A model generated the notes under the pieces. That model did no database searches, was not told the DNA's origin, and saw only the letters and a program-made list of their open reading frames with translations. From Acidobacteriaceae bacterium (GTDB lineage Bacteria; Acidobacteriota; Terriglobia; Terriglobales; Acidobacteriaceae), in NCBI GenBank assembly GCA_036267335.1, contig DATAWF010000175.1, forward strand, positions 1-61,172: a stretch of 61,172 bases of DNA, in the 5' to 3' direction. The position numbers and the translations under genes are program-made. Shown one piece after another: positions 35,426 to 44,329 of the stretch (the first letter of the stretch is position 1; each line of letters starts with the position of its first letter).

Positions 35426-38241
35426 GACCACACTCCTACATTGCCTTGCGAGGCCGGATCGAGCAGCAGAACTTCCGCGCCCGTCGGCGGATTGGCGGTG
35501 GGTTGCGGGCCGGAGGCGCAAAGAATCGGAGCTACCCCGGCGGGATCGCCGCTGCGATTGACCGAGGTGAGGTTCACGGCAATCACTCCATCCACTTGCT
35601 GGGCAAGCTGGATGATCTGACTCGCGGCGACCCCCTGGCCCGGCAGCATGTTTCCAAAAGCGTAGGCCGAGGAAAGATTCTGCCAGACCTGCGCGATCAC
35701 CAGCGACGAAACATAGGTGGGCGAGTCGACCATCACCTGCATGCTGACCTCGAACAGCACCGGCGTGTACGACACGATCTGCACCGGAACATAGGGCAGG
35801 CCGAAATCTCCCAGCGCCGTTTGCAAATTCATCACCATCGCATCGTTTGCGTTGAGAACCGTGCCGCCTTCTCCTGCGACGGTGAGAAAGATGCCGCGAG
35901 TTACGCCAAACCAGGCCCAGGAAGCGACCGCCATGGCGATCCCGGCAAAATTAAGTGCGAAGTTCTGATAGTCCTCGAGAGAAACCACGCGGCCCAATGT
36001 GAGGGTAGGCAGCGGGGCTGAGAGGCGCGCCAAGCCGGAAGTCGCCGGATCAGCGCCGCCCGTCGCCGCGCTTGGATTCGTGACCGACTGAAGGCCCTGG
36101 GGGCGATCGAGCGGTTGCGAGAGCTGGCCGGCTGCGACCATGCCGGCGATGCCAAGCCCTTTGCGGTACTGCGCCCAGATGTTCGATTGCCCGGTCGGAG
36201 TGAGAGAGCCCTGCTGCCCGTTCCCGAATTGCACAAAGGGCCCCGCGCCGGGGCTCGGCAGGGTGATGTAAACGCGGTCCGATGGACCGGAGTTGAGAAG
36301 GTTGTCCACCTCGCTCCAAAGCAGGTTGTTCACGCGCACCTGCAAGGTCGATTGCACTCCGTTTCCTGTGGCCGCGGAGAGATACGTGAGCGGCGACTGC
36401 TTGAGCTGAAATTCAAGCGACGCATGGGTCGCGTTGCCGGAGCCGAGAATCTCCTGCATCGTCTCGCCGTGCGTTGCCTGAACCGCATTGGCATTGACGG
36501 TGACGGTCGCCGCGTCATAGATGCGAGTCAGCGCCGCATTCAACGACAGTGCGGTCGTTGCGCCTTCTACTTCCGCATCGGAGATCACGGCCGCTTCGCC
36601 GGTTGTGGGGTCGGAGGAGGCCGATGGCTGCAGTTGAAAGCCGGTTGTTGGCGTTGAAAGAATGCCGGCTTGGCCGGTGACGGTGAGCACGCTCCACAAC
36701 AGGTTGCCGGTTGTTGGATCCGTCGGCGGCGGAAATGCGTCCACCAAAAACGGCTGATTGGCGCTCACGTTGAGCATGCCCGTCGCGCCCATTGGAGTAA
36801 ACCCTCCGGAGGGCGAAGCCAGATTGGAAGTTGCGACGATGCGCAGACGCTTGCCGCTGATCGCGACAGGGGCGTTGACGGCCAGAGGTTGCAGGCCCTG
36901 CAGCGAGAAGCTCGTGCCGGAGACAGGCGCCAGCATCGCCGTTGCCAGTGGGTACGTGGCGCTCTGCGCCCATGTGGTGATCGGGAGATTCGCGCCCGTC
37001 AGCGGTTGTGACTGCACATATGCGGTCGTGACGCGCGTCTCCTGCACAAACTCGTAGAGCACCTCGGTGAGGGTAAGCGATGTGTCTCCCGTGAGAACCG
37101 TGCCGCTCGCCAAAGTAACCTGCGTGCTTTTGATCGAGAGTGCGTACAGGTTGGGATTCGATTCCGCGGCGCTTTGAATCTGGAAGAAGGATGTGTACTG
37201 AGGGCCGGTGAGCACCATCCATTGCGACTGGCTCGCGGGGGCGTTTGCGCCGCTGGCCGCGGGATTGAGCCCGGCATAGGAGTTGTCCAGATTGACGGTC
37301 TCGTTCTCCCCGTAAACCCAACTCCAGTCCGCCGAGGCCGATTGCGTCCCGGGAGCGCCCGGGATGTTGCTGATCGTCGTCGACGGAAACATGCCCGGCC
37401 ACGGAGCGGACGCGCCATAAAGCGCAGCCTTCGTGCGAAAAATGTAGATGCAGATTGCGGATCCGCTCAGCGAAGAGGGGAGTGGAGTGTTCCAGGCCAC
37501 GAGTGTGTTGCCGCCCACAGGATTGATCGTCACGGACGTGACATAGACGAATCCCGCTGGACCGCTCTGCGACGGCACGCCGCCGGGGGCGCTGAGGAAC
37601 AGCATCGCATCGCCGGCGTGGATGTTGTTCGCCGTGCCCGCAATCCATGTCGACGTATCGCTCCCATAAAGCTGCCAAGGCGTGTAGATGACCGCGGGGA
37701 TGGAATTGCCCGCGATGGTGGCGGTCAGATCGGAAGAAGTTTCAAAAACCTGTGGCGTCTGGTTTGGGCCAGGGATGCTCTGCACGCGCGTTCCTGCTGG
37801 AATCGGCACTCTGGCGGGGGAGCCCGGCGCCGAGCCCAGCGTAAATGCCAGCACCGTCGATGCGCTGACCCCCGGAGAGGGCGTGTATCCCACCAGACGG
37901 GCGAGTTCGAAGACGCTGCGATCTTCAACCGCGGTCTCCAGATAAGCCTCGTTGGCCAGCCGTTCGGTGTAAAACGTGAGGATGTCCAGAACCTCGGACC
38001 AGGCGTCGATGACCGCAATCGAGAAGTCGGTGGAGTCGTGCGTACGCAAGCCGGCCAGCGCCGGATATTCCGACGAGGAAAGCGCGCTGACCATGCTCTC
38101 GTAAAAGCTGGCGTAGGTGCCGGCGCGATACTGAATCGCGGTGAGCCCGGGACGATTGGCCACCGCGGCGGGTGTCGATTGCGTGACCCCCGCGCAGCAG
38201 CCGCAGAGCGTGGCTCCCGTTTCCTGGCATGAGCAGGTCAT
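35422..38241 (-). CDS. Large baseplate assembly protein (gpJ/gp6-like, second paralogue)
   Basis: 939 aa. N-terminus MTCSCQETGATLCGCCAGV..ANRPGLTAIQYRAGTYASF is typical of CIS putative baseplate assembly proteins. 4-nt overlaps on both sides. Confidence 0.8.
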   Translation of the reverse strand: MTCSCQETGATLCGCCAGVTQSTPAAVANRPGLTAIQYRAGTYASFYESMVSALSSSEYPALAGLRTHDSTDFSIAVIDAWSEVLDILTFYTERLANEAYLETAVEDRSVFELARLVGYTPSPGVSASTVLAFTLGSAPGSPARVPIPAGTRVQSIPGPNQTPQVFETSSDLTATIAGNSIPAVIYTPWQLYGSDTSTWIAGTANNIHAGDAMLFLSAPGGVPSQSGPAGFVYVTSVTINPVGGNTLVAWNTPLPSSLSGSAICIYIFRTKAALYGASAPWPGMFPSTTISNIPGAPGTQSASADWSWVYGENETVNLDNSYAGLNPAASGANAPASQSQWMVLTGPQYTSFFQIQSAAESNPNLYALSIKSTQVTLASGTVLTGDTSLTLTEVLYEFVQETRVTTAYVQSQPLTGANLPITTWAQSATYPLATAMLAPVSGTSFSLQGLQPLAVNAPVAISGKRLRIVATSNLASPSGGFTPMGATGMLNVSANQPFLVDAFPPPTDPTTGNLLWSVLTVTGQAGILSTPTTGFQLQPSASSDPTTGEAAVISDAEVEGATTALSLNAALTRIYDAATVTVNANAVQATHGETMQEILGSGNATHASLEFQLKQSPLTYLSAATGNGVQSTLQVRVNNLLWSEVDNLLNSGPSDRVYITLPSPGAGPFVQFGNGQQGSLTPTGQSNIWAQYRKGLGIAGMVAAGQLSQPLDRPQGLQSVTNPSAATGGADPATSGLARLSAPLPTLTLGRVVSLEDYQNFALNFAGIAMAVASWAWFGVTRGIFLTVAGEGGTVLNANDAMVMNLQTALGDFGLPYVPVQIVSYTPVLFEVSMQVMVDSPTYVSSLVIAQVWQNLSSAYAFGNMLPGQGVAASQIIQLAQQVDGVIAVNLTSVNRSGDPAGVAPILCASGPQPTANPPTGAEVLLLDPASQGNVGVWS

Positions 38242-40691
38242 TTGCCACCATCCATCGTTAAGACCAGCAGCCCGCGATCGGCGTGGTTGGGATCGTTGTC
38301 GCAGCGCGGAATTTCAAGGCTTCCCATGGCCAACTGGTTAGGCGCGGCTGTATTCGGGGGCGTGGGCGAGTCCATGCGCTCGAAGATGGTAAGCGTGACG
38401 GAGACGACTCCGGTCACAGCCTGCACCGCCGCGAGGATCGGGCTGGCATAAACCGTTTCCCCAAACTCGAAGTTGGCCGCATTCAATATTCCAAGCTGGC
38501 CTGTGCAGGGGTCGCCGGTAACCAGGAGCGCCCATACTGCGGCGTAGACATCTCCCTGGAAGTAGCTCGCGCCGACGCAGATCGTAAGTCCGATTTCGAT
38601 GCCGACCAATTGTGCGGCTTCGGCAACCACATCGGTTCCCATCATGCGCAGTGTGTTCAGGCTGGTGGTCACGGAGCTCCGCAGTGCGGGCGGAAGAGCC
38701 GGGCCCAGAGACGTGGGCTCGATCGAGACAAAGGCCGTATACCACGAGCCCGTCCAGCGGATGGTGCCCTTGGCTTCCGCAACGCCCGGCAGCCCGCTCG
38801 CCATCGTGGAGTAATCGTCTTGCGTGACGCAGCGGAGCTGGCTCTCGAAGCTGAAGGGCGCCACCTGGCGAATGTGGTCCATGTTTTCGGGATCGGTTCC
38901 TCCCGATGCGGCGATTGGATTGCGCACCCCGCTGATGCCAAGTGCGTTGAAGAGCACGTGCGCGAGCGCCTCGCGGCCTACGTTGCCGGAGGAGCCGAGC
39001 CCGGTACGATACGTGGCCGTGAAGGCTACCCCCGTGGCGGGAGCGCTGCCATAGGTGTTGTCACCGAAGCGCAGGTGAGCGCTGCCGTCGAATTCAATCT
39101 CGGGCACGAATCCGGTAAATTCGCTGCCTTCGTCGAGCAGGTCTTCAATCGGTGTCCAGGTGGCCCCATCATTGCTCGCGAGAGTGATTTGTGCGGCTGC
39201 CGTTGTCACGTTGGGCGAGAGAAATGCAGTGGCCGCCGCCGTGACGCTGTAGGGTACGGCGAAGGTGAGAGGCTGCTTGGCGAGCACCGGCCGGAATCGT
39301 GGCACGTCCGCGGCCAGGCCCGAGACCGGGCTGCAGTTGCAGCCCGCGCCCGCGACCGGCGCAGGCGGGGCAGCAGGCACGACGCCCAGGGATTCATTCG
39401 TGGTCCATGTGCCTTGATCCGCGGGAAGAACGTTTCCACGCGCGACCGAAACGCCTGCCAGGGGCCGCGATCCATGCTCCGCATCGGTCACGGACGAGAT
39501 GCATAAAGGAAAGAGCAGCGCGTCCGCGCTCTGCCATGCAATGTTGGTCAGGTTTGTTCCCGTTACCGGATCCTGCAAAAGCATTCCGCTTTGATTGACG
39601 GTTGTGGCCGCGGTGAGGCGGACGGCGCAGCGGTGAGTCGGATCGGCGTCGGCCGGGTCGCCGCTCAGCGGCCCTACGACTTCTTCAAAAACCAGCACGT
39701 CGCCCGCCGCGAGGCTGGGAAAGATTCCCTTCAGAGTCGCCTGCGTCGTACCGGCGGCGAGGCAGCATTGGCCGTCTCCCCAGGTATAGAAGTCCATCTG
39801 GTTTTGCTCGGGATGGAGCACCAGATTGGCGAGACTCTCAAAGACCGGCCCGGAGCTGGCCTCGAGAATATCGGCGGAGTAGCTATCGGAGCTGATCGAG
39901 GGGGCAAGCCCGGGGACGAGAGGGAAAATCTGTGTGCCGGCAGGAACGGTGACGCCGTCTATCGTCGCCGTCAGGCAGACCCAGGCCCGCGCATTCGCGC
40001 CTTCCTGAACCTGGTAGTCGACAAGCCGCGCGTGGCGCCGGAGCGAAATGCGGCTGCGGGCCGTGCCGATGTAGGCCTCGGTGTTGACCGCATCTTGCAG
40101 ATAGCTGATGCGATCGGCTGCATAGGCCAGCGTTTCGAGAATCGTAATCCCGGGGTCGGCGACGTGGGTCTCGCTCCACGCCGGCAGAAGCGCAGCCATG
40201 CGATCGAGGAGCGCCTGGCGGAAGCCGTCGTAGTCGCGCGCCAGGTAGTGGATATCGGGTGGCGTCGCCGGCGACGCCGGGCAGCAGGTCGTCGTCTCGC
40301 AATCGGCTGGAGAAGGGCAGCTGGCCTTGAAAGAAAACGTCACCGTCGCGAGCTGCGGATCGATCCCTGCGGGCGGGTCCGAATTGGTGGGCGATGCAAC
40401 CAGTGTGAGCGTGTAGGGAGAGAAATCGCCGCTCGCGGCAAGCTGTGCCGTCAGAGTGAGCGGATCGGAGGCCGTTGCGCCCGTGATTCCCAGCACCTGC
40501 GGCGTCGTGTCTCCCGCAATCGCGATGTTTTGCGGGGCGAGCGAGAGCGTCCGCGCGTCTTTCAGAAACGTGATGGCGAGTTGTGTGCCGCAGCCCGCCG
40601 ATCCCAGCACCTCGAGATAGTCGATGCCATTGAGCCCCGGGGTCTGGAGCACCAGGTCGCGCCGCTGCTTGTCCTGGCAGAAGGCGATCAT
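38238..40691 (-). CDS. Baseplate J-like protein (gpJ/gp6, Afp11 analogue)
   Basis: LNGIDYLEV... then IHYLARDYDGFRQALLDRMAALLPAW...DPGITILETLAYAADRISYLQDAV, the baseplate J signature. I moved the start to aa 47 of the ORF (MIAFCQ), which gives an ATGA overlap with gp25. Confidence 0.85.
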   Translation of the reverse strand: MIAFCQDKQRRDLVLQTPGLNGIDYLEVLGSAGCGTQLAITFLKDARTLSLAPQNIAIAGDTTPQVLGITGATASDPLTLTAQLAASGDFSPYTLTLVASPTNSDPPAGIDPQLATVTFSFKASCPSPADCETTTCCPASPATPPDIHYLARDYDGFRQALLDRMAALLPAWSETHVADPGITILETLAYAADRISYLQDAVNTEAYIGTARSRISLRRHARLVDYQVQEGANARAWVCLTATIDGVTVPAGTQIFPLVPGLAPSISSDSYSADILEASSGPVFESLANLVLHPEQNQMDFYTWGDGQCCLAAGTTQATLKGIFPSLAAGDVLVFEEVVGPLSGDPADADPTHRCAVRLTAATTVNQSGMLLQDPVTGTNLTNIAWQSADALLFPLCISSVTDAEHGSRPLAGVSVARGNVLPADQGTWTTNESLGVVPAAPPAPVAGAGCNCSPVSGLAADVPRFRPVLAKQPLTFAVPYSVTAAATAFLSPNVTTAAAQITLASNDGATWTPIEDLLDEGSEFTGFVPEIEFDGSAHLRFGDNTYGSAPATGVAFTATYRTGLGSSGNVGREALAHVLFNALGISGVRNPIAASGGTDPENMDHIRQVAPFSFESQLRCVTQDDYSTMASGLPGVAEAKGTIRWTGSWYTAFVSIEPTSLGPALPPALRSSVTTSLNTLRMMGTDVVAEAAQLVGIEIGLTICVGASYFQGDVYAAVWALLVTGDPCTGQLGILNAANFEFGETVYASPILAAVQAVTGVVSVTLTIFERMDSPTPPNTAAPNQLAMGSLEIPRCDNDPNHADRGLLVLTMDGGK

Positions 40692-41065
40692 TGCGTCGGC
40701 CCTCCGTACAGGAATTGCTGCGACTGCTGTTGCTGATTGAAGATCAGCGTGTAGACGACCGTGACCTGGAGCGTCGAGTCCTGCGTGGTCACGGTGACCG
40801 ACTGGACGCGGATCAAGTCCGAAAGCCATTGCTGCAGTCCTGCTTGAATAGCCTGCCGCTGCGCTGCGGCAAGAATGTCGCTGTTCGGCGCAAAGACCAG
40901 TTGGGCGGTGCCGCTGCCGAAGGTCGGCCGGTTGACTCGCTCTCCCGGCGAAGTGAATAGCATCAGCTCCACCATGTCCTCCACGTGGCGAGCGATGGAT
41001 GCGGCCTGGGCCGTGTGCCCGGTCGAGTCGAAGCCGTAAGGAAAGGCCAGATTTACCGTACTCAT
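40688..41065 (-). CDS. GPW/gp25-family baseplate wedge protein
   Basis: 125 aa. HVEDMVELMLFTSPGERVNRPTFGSG is the classic gp25 motif. Confidence 0.9.
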   Translation of the reverse strand: MSTVNLAFPYGFDSTGHTAQAASIARHVEDMVELMLFTSPGERVNRPTFGSGTAQLVFAPNSDILAAAQRQAIQAGLQQWLSDLIRVQSVTVTTQDSTLQVTVVYTLIFNQQQQSQQFLYGGPTQ

Positions 41066-41096
41066 AGCTGCCTCATGACTGCCATCTCGTCAGTCC

Positions 41097-41414
41097 TCAT
41101 GTCGCGGTCACGCGGGTTTGCATGCTGACCGGGAGGAGCGTTGCTCCGCCTGGAACGGTAATGGCCGCGCCCGTCTGCACCACGAGCGGCTGGCCAAGCG
41201 ATGTCACCCGCGTCGTGCCCAACACCCATTGCCCGGTGACACAGGGAGGAATCGGAGGGGGAACGCCCGGGCAGCCGGCGACCATCCAAGGGTCGCTGAT
41301 CGTCGCGGTGGGCATGCCCATGACCGTCACGGATGCGTTGGGAACCGTCGGCAAAGCCTGTCCGCCGTGCAGGCACATGACCACCGCTCCTTGATGGAGC
41401 AAAAATCCCGGCAT
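41097..41414 (-). CDS. PAAR-like spike-tip protein (Afp10/Pvc10 analogue)
   Basis: The C-terminal 105 aa of ORF 41097..41798: MPGFLLHQGAVVMCLHGGQA...VMGMPTAT...CPGVPPPIPPCV. It lies 2 nt downstream of the spike gene. Confidence 0.65.
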   Translation of the reverse strand: MPGFLLHQGAVVMCLHGGQALPTVPNASVTVMGMPTATISDPWMVAGCPGVPPPIPPCVTGQWVLGTTRVTSLGQPLVVQTGAAITVPGGATLLPVSMQTRVTAT

Positions 41415-41416
41415 GA

Positions 41417-41923
41417 CTAAATCACCTCCAAGGCGCCTTCGTTGATCGTTACGGCGGGCCCGTTCATCAGAATCGTTGCCCCCTGCCCATTGCTGATGGT
41501 GATCCCCGTATCCGTGACCGAGATCATGGCTCCGGTCGAGGATTTGAGCAGAATTCCCCCGGTCGGTCCCGGCGTGTCGCTGATCATCAGCGTGTTCTGA
41601 CCGACGGTTTGAATCACCACCGCCTGCAGGCCGGGCGGGGTTGCGAGCGCGAGAGCGGGTGTCTCCGCGGCGGTGCCGAAGTAGCAGCCCGTCCAAATGG
41701 GATAATCCGGATCGCCCTGCTCGAATTCCACCCAGACTCCGGCGCCGATTACCGGCACGGCAAAGAACCCGTGCTGGATGCCGGCGAAGGGCAGGCACGG
41801 CATCGCCCAGGTCGACGGCAGAATATTCGACACATCGGGCACCTGCACCATGAGCCGCCCGATGTTCAGCGGATCCACGTTGTTGAGGACCGTGCCCCGA
41901 TGTTTGCCGTAATACTTTGCCAC
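41417..41923 (-). CDS. Spike protein, gpV / VgrG (gp5 OB-fold)-like
   Basis: YYGKHRGTVLNNVDPLNIGRLMVQVP....WAMPCLPFAG...GFFAVPVIGAGVWVEFEQGDPDYPIWTGCY. I placed the start at the in-frame GTG (aa 61 of the ORF), preceded by GGAGAAG. Confidence 0.85.
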   Translation of the reverse strand: MAKYYGKHRGTVLNNVDPLNIGRLMVQVPDVSNILPSTWAMPCLPFAGIQHGFFAVPVIGAGVWVEFEQGDPDYPIWTGCYFGTAAETPALALATPPGLQAVVIQTVGQNTLMISDTPGPTGGILLKSSTGAMISVTDTGITISNGQGATILMNGPAVTINEGALEVI

Positions 41924-41951
41924 TGCTTTCTTCTCCTGAAAAACCTCTGCC

Positions 41952-43088
41952 TTAAAAGGGCAGCGAAGGCACCACCGGGGTGTTGGCGATGAGCGCGTTG
42001 CGCTTGAGCACAAAGCTCTCCTTGTACTCGCCGGGCTTGATGCGATGCGTCGCCTTGTCCACGTAATGCATTCCATCCCATGGAAGCCCGGCGCCGCGCA
42101 CACCTACCAGGCTGCGTGCCCGCAGGGGCTGGCCATAGCGCATCACGTCGAGTGTGCCTTCGCCGGTCATTACGTCTGCGGTTTCCACGCTGCGGGCAAA
42201 GCCCCGCATCAGCGCCTGCGCCGGATTCATCTTCGCCGTCCCGGTGATGAGCTCCATCTTTTGCGGTACCGGCACATACGATCCGAGCGGAGGATTGAAT
42301 GGCGTAACCGGAGGAATCGGGATCGGAATGTTGACCTTGGTTGTCGGATCCTGAATGAACACAATAGGAGTTACCGATGTTTTCGGCTCAAAGCGAAAGT
42401 TGAGGCTCTCAACGTTGGTCCAGGTGTCCAGATTCACGTTCAACGCCGTTTGCGGCAGGCCGAGCCGGACCTGCGGGCCCCAATAGGCTTGGCTCATGCC
42501 CGGCAGCGGTCCGGGCACAAGGTAGAAGACGTATCCCACCTCATCCGCCAGATGCTTGATGTAGTAGAGGTCTGTTTTCTTGTGGGTGCGGATCTGCTGC
42601 GCCGGAATTTGTATGTCCGGGACGGGCGAGGGAATCACCTCCGGCACAATGCCGAACATCGCATACTTGGCGAGGATGGCCGCGACCCGCACCTCCGCCG
42701 GCATCGCCGGATACGGCAGGCCGCTGAAGTCGATCAGGTCCATCATCGCGGTCAGATCCTCGCCCTTCACCACGAGCTTCGAAGAGCCGGTCATGGCGTC
42801 CGGGTGGACCTCGGTGTGCAGCACCACGCCATCCACCAGAACCTGCGGGATGCCGGGGAAGGTGACCAGGAGCACCACCCGCAGCAAGGGAAGCGGCGAC
42901 CCGCCCGCAATCAGGAAAAAAGTTTCAAGAATCCCCCGGTCCGAGAGCGTAAAGGTCAGCTCGAAGCCGCTCCGGCCAGTCGCGCTTTCGGTGACCTCGA
43001 CCGACACCAGCGCGTCGACCAGCGGCTTGGGCGCCGGCAGCGGCTCCATCGGGCCCAGCAACAACGTGAGATAGAGTGGGCTAACCAT
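41952..43088 (-). CDS. Baseplate hub protein, phage late control gpD / gp27-like
   Basis: 378 aa. LVSVEVTESATGRSGFELTF..., ..KTDLYYIKHLADEVGYVFYL.., and a C-terminal GMHYVDKATHRIKPGEYKESFVLKRN pattern. Sits between the LysM and spike genes. Confidence 0.75.
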   Translation of the reverse strand: MVSPLYLTLLLGPMEPLPAPKPLVDALVSVEVTESATGRSGFELTFTLSDRGILETFFLIAGGSPLPLLRVVLLVTFPGIPQVLVDGVVLHTEVHPDAMTGSSKLVVKGEDLTAMMDLIDFSGLPYPAMPAEVRVAAILAKYAMFGIVPEVIPSPVPDIQIPAQQIRTHKKTDLYYIKHLADEVGYVFYLVPGPLPGMSQAYWGPQVRLGLPQTALNVNLDTWTNVESLNFRFEPKTSVTPIVFIQDPTTKVNIPIPIPPVTPFNPPLGSYVPVPQKMELITGTAKMNPAQALMRGFARSVETADVMTGEGTLDVMRYGQPLRARSLVGVRGAGLPWDGMHYVDKATHRIKPGEYKESFVLKRNALIANTPVVPSLPF

Positions 43089-43446
43089 TGCGCGCTCCCG
43101 CCGGAATCCCCGAGACCAGTGGGATCAAGATCTGTTCGCCGGGCTCGCTGGTCACCCGGTCCGGGTCGAAAGCGCTGTTGGCGTCGGCCAGCATCCAAAA
43201 CAAAATCGGATCGCCGAGGTAGCGCGCGGCCAGATTGTCGAGCCGGTCCCCGGCCGCAACACTGTAGTTCTGCGTCTGGGTCCAGAGGGTGGTCTGCGGA
43301 ATGATGCGGCGGGAGAGGTAAGCGACCACCGTGCCGTCTGGCAGCGTCATCTGCTCGACGCCGCTGCCGTAGTAGCGGCTGCTGGGATTGTTCGGCGCCC
43401 CTGTTCCGATTGCCGATTGCACAAGTGCTGCCAGTCCGTTATCCAT
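43081..43446 (-). CDS. LysM-domain protein (gpX-like)
   Basis: YSVAAGDRLDNLAARYLGDPILFWMLADAN......GEQILIP matches the LysM consensus. 8-nt overlap with the hub gene. Confidence 0.7.
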   Translation of the reverse strand: MDNGLAALVQSAIGTGAPNNPSSRYYGSGVEQMTLPDGTVVAYLSRRIIPQTTLWTQTQNYSVAAGDRLDNLAARYLGDPILFWMLADANSAFDPDRVTSEPGEQILIPLVSGIPAGARNG

Positions 43447-43458
43447 CGCCTGTTCTCC

Positions 43459-44082
43459 TCACGACTGCTGTGCGAGCGATTCCTTGCTCATCTGGTAAGA
43501 CATGTAGAGCGATCCGGCCGGCGTCAGGAAGCCCACATCGTTGACGTTCAGCACGCGCATCGTCAGCGAGACTTTGGCGCGAATCGGATTGAGCTTGGGA
43601 TCGAAGGCTTCTTCCGTGATCTCGATGCCCGTCAGGCGCACCGGCGTCACACGATTGGCTCCCCAGATGAAGACGGTGAGATTGGAAGACATGGGGAGAA
43701 TCTCGATCGTTCCTACGAGCGAGAGAACTTCATTGGCGATCAGGATCCCGCTCGACGGATAGACCAGGAGCTCGAGCACGGCCAGTTGGGGCGAGATCCC
43801 GAGGTTCATGGTGGTCGGGTCGGAGGCCGCAAGCTGATCGGTGGCGTCGATTTCGACATCGCAAGTGATGGTCTCGATCGGCGGACCTTTCAGCCGCAGC
43901 ACCTCGGTGCGATCCGGTTGATCGCCCACGCTCTGCGGCTGCAGGCTTCGCCGGATAGTTTCGGGGTTGTACTGGAGCTGGATGGTATTGAGCGGAATGC
44001 CGGTGTTTGGCTCCAGCACCAGGATGGCTCCCTTTTGCAGCAGCGGTGAGACGTTAGGCACGGCGGTTTCCTCCCTTGCCAA
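43459..44082 (-). CDS. Tube-like / tube-initiator protein (second tube-family member)
   Basis: 207 aa. ...LTVFIWGANRVTPVRLTGIEITEEAFDPKLNPIRAKVSLTMRVL resembles the C-terminal pattern of CIS tube-family proteins. The start is uncertain (29-nt overlap with the upstream small gene; alternative at V8). Confidence 0.55.
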   Translation of the reverse strand: MAREETAVPNVSPLLQKGAILVLEPNTGIPLNTIQLQYNPETIRRSLQPQSVGDQPDRTEVLRLKGPPIETITCDVEIDATDQLAASDPTTMNLGISPQLAVLELLVYPSSGILIANEVLSLVGTIEILPMSSNLTVFIWGANRVTPVRLTGIEITEEAFDPKLNPIRAKVSLTMRVLNVNDVGFLTPAGSLYMSYQMSKESLAQQS

Positions 44083-44329
44083 TCAGTTGCGAGCGTATTG
44101 CCGAGGCGACCTGCGCCGCGGCCTGGGCAGCGTCGGCGGGGGAGCGCATGCGCCCGGCGTCAATCGATCGAAGCTTGCGTGCCCCCTGCGCGAAAACATG
44201 AGGATCGAGATCGTGCGCCAGAGAAGCGAGCTCCGCTTCGAGAGCGCGAACGAACTGGTGCTTGGCCGATCCCGGAAGTCCGTCGACGATGAGGCGGCCG
44301 ATCTCGAGATGCAGAACATTGCGGCTCAT
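44054..44329 (-). CDS. Small hypothetical protein (91 aa) of the CIS operon
   Basis: ATGA overlap with the ATPase stop when started at MSRNVLHLEIGRLIV. No recognisable family. Confidence 0.45.
   Translation of the reverse strand: MSRNVLHLEIGRLIVDGLPGSAKHQFVRALEAELASLAHDLDPHVFAQGARKLRSIDAGRMRSPADAAQAAAQVASAIRSQLIGKGGNRRA

Noticed and set aside
42045-43304. 419-aa + strand ORF
   Set aside because: It is antisense to the hub and LysM genes, has His/Arg-rich junk composition, and lacks an RBS or any motif.
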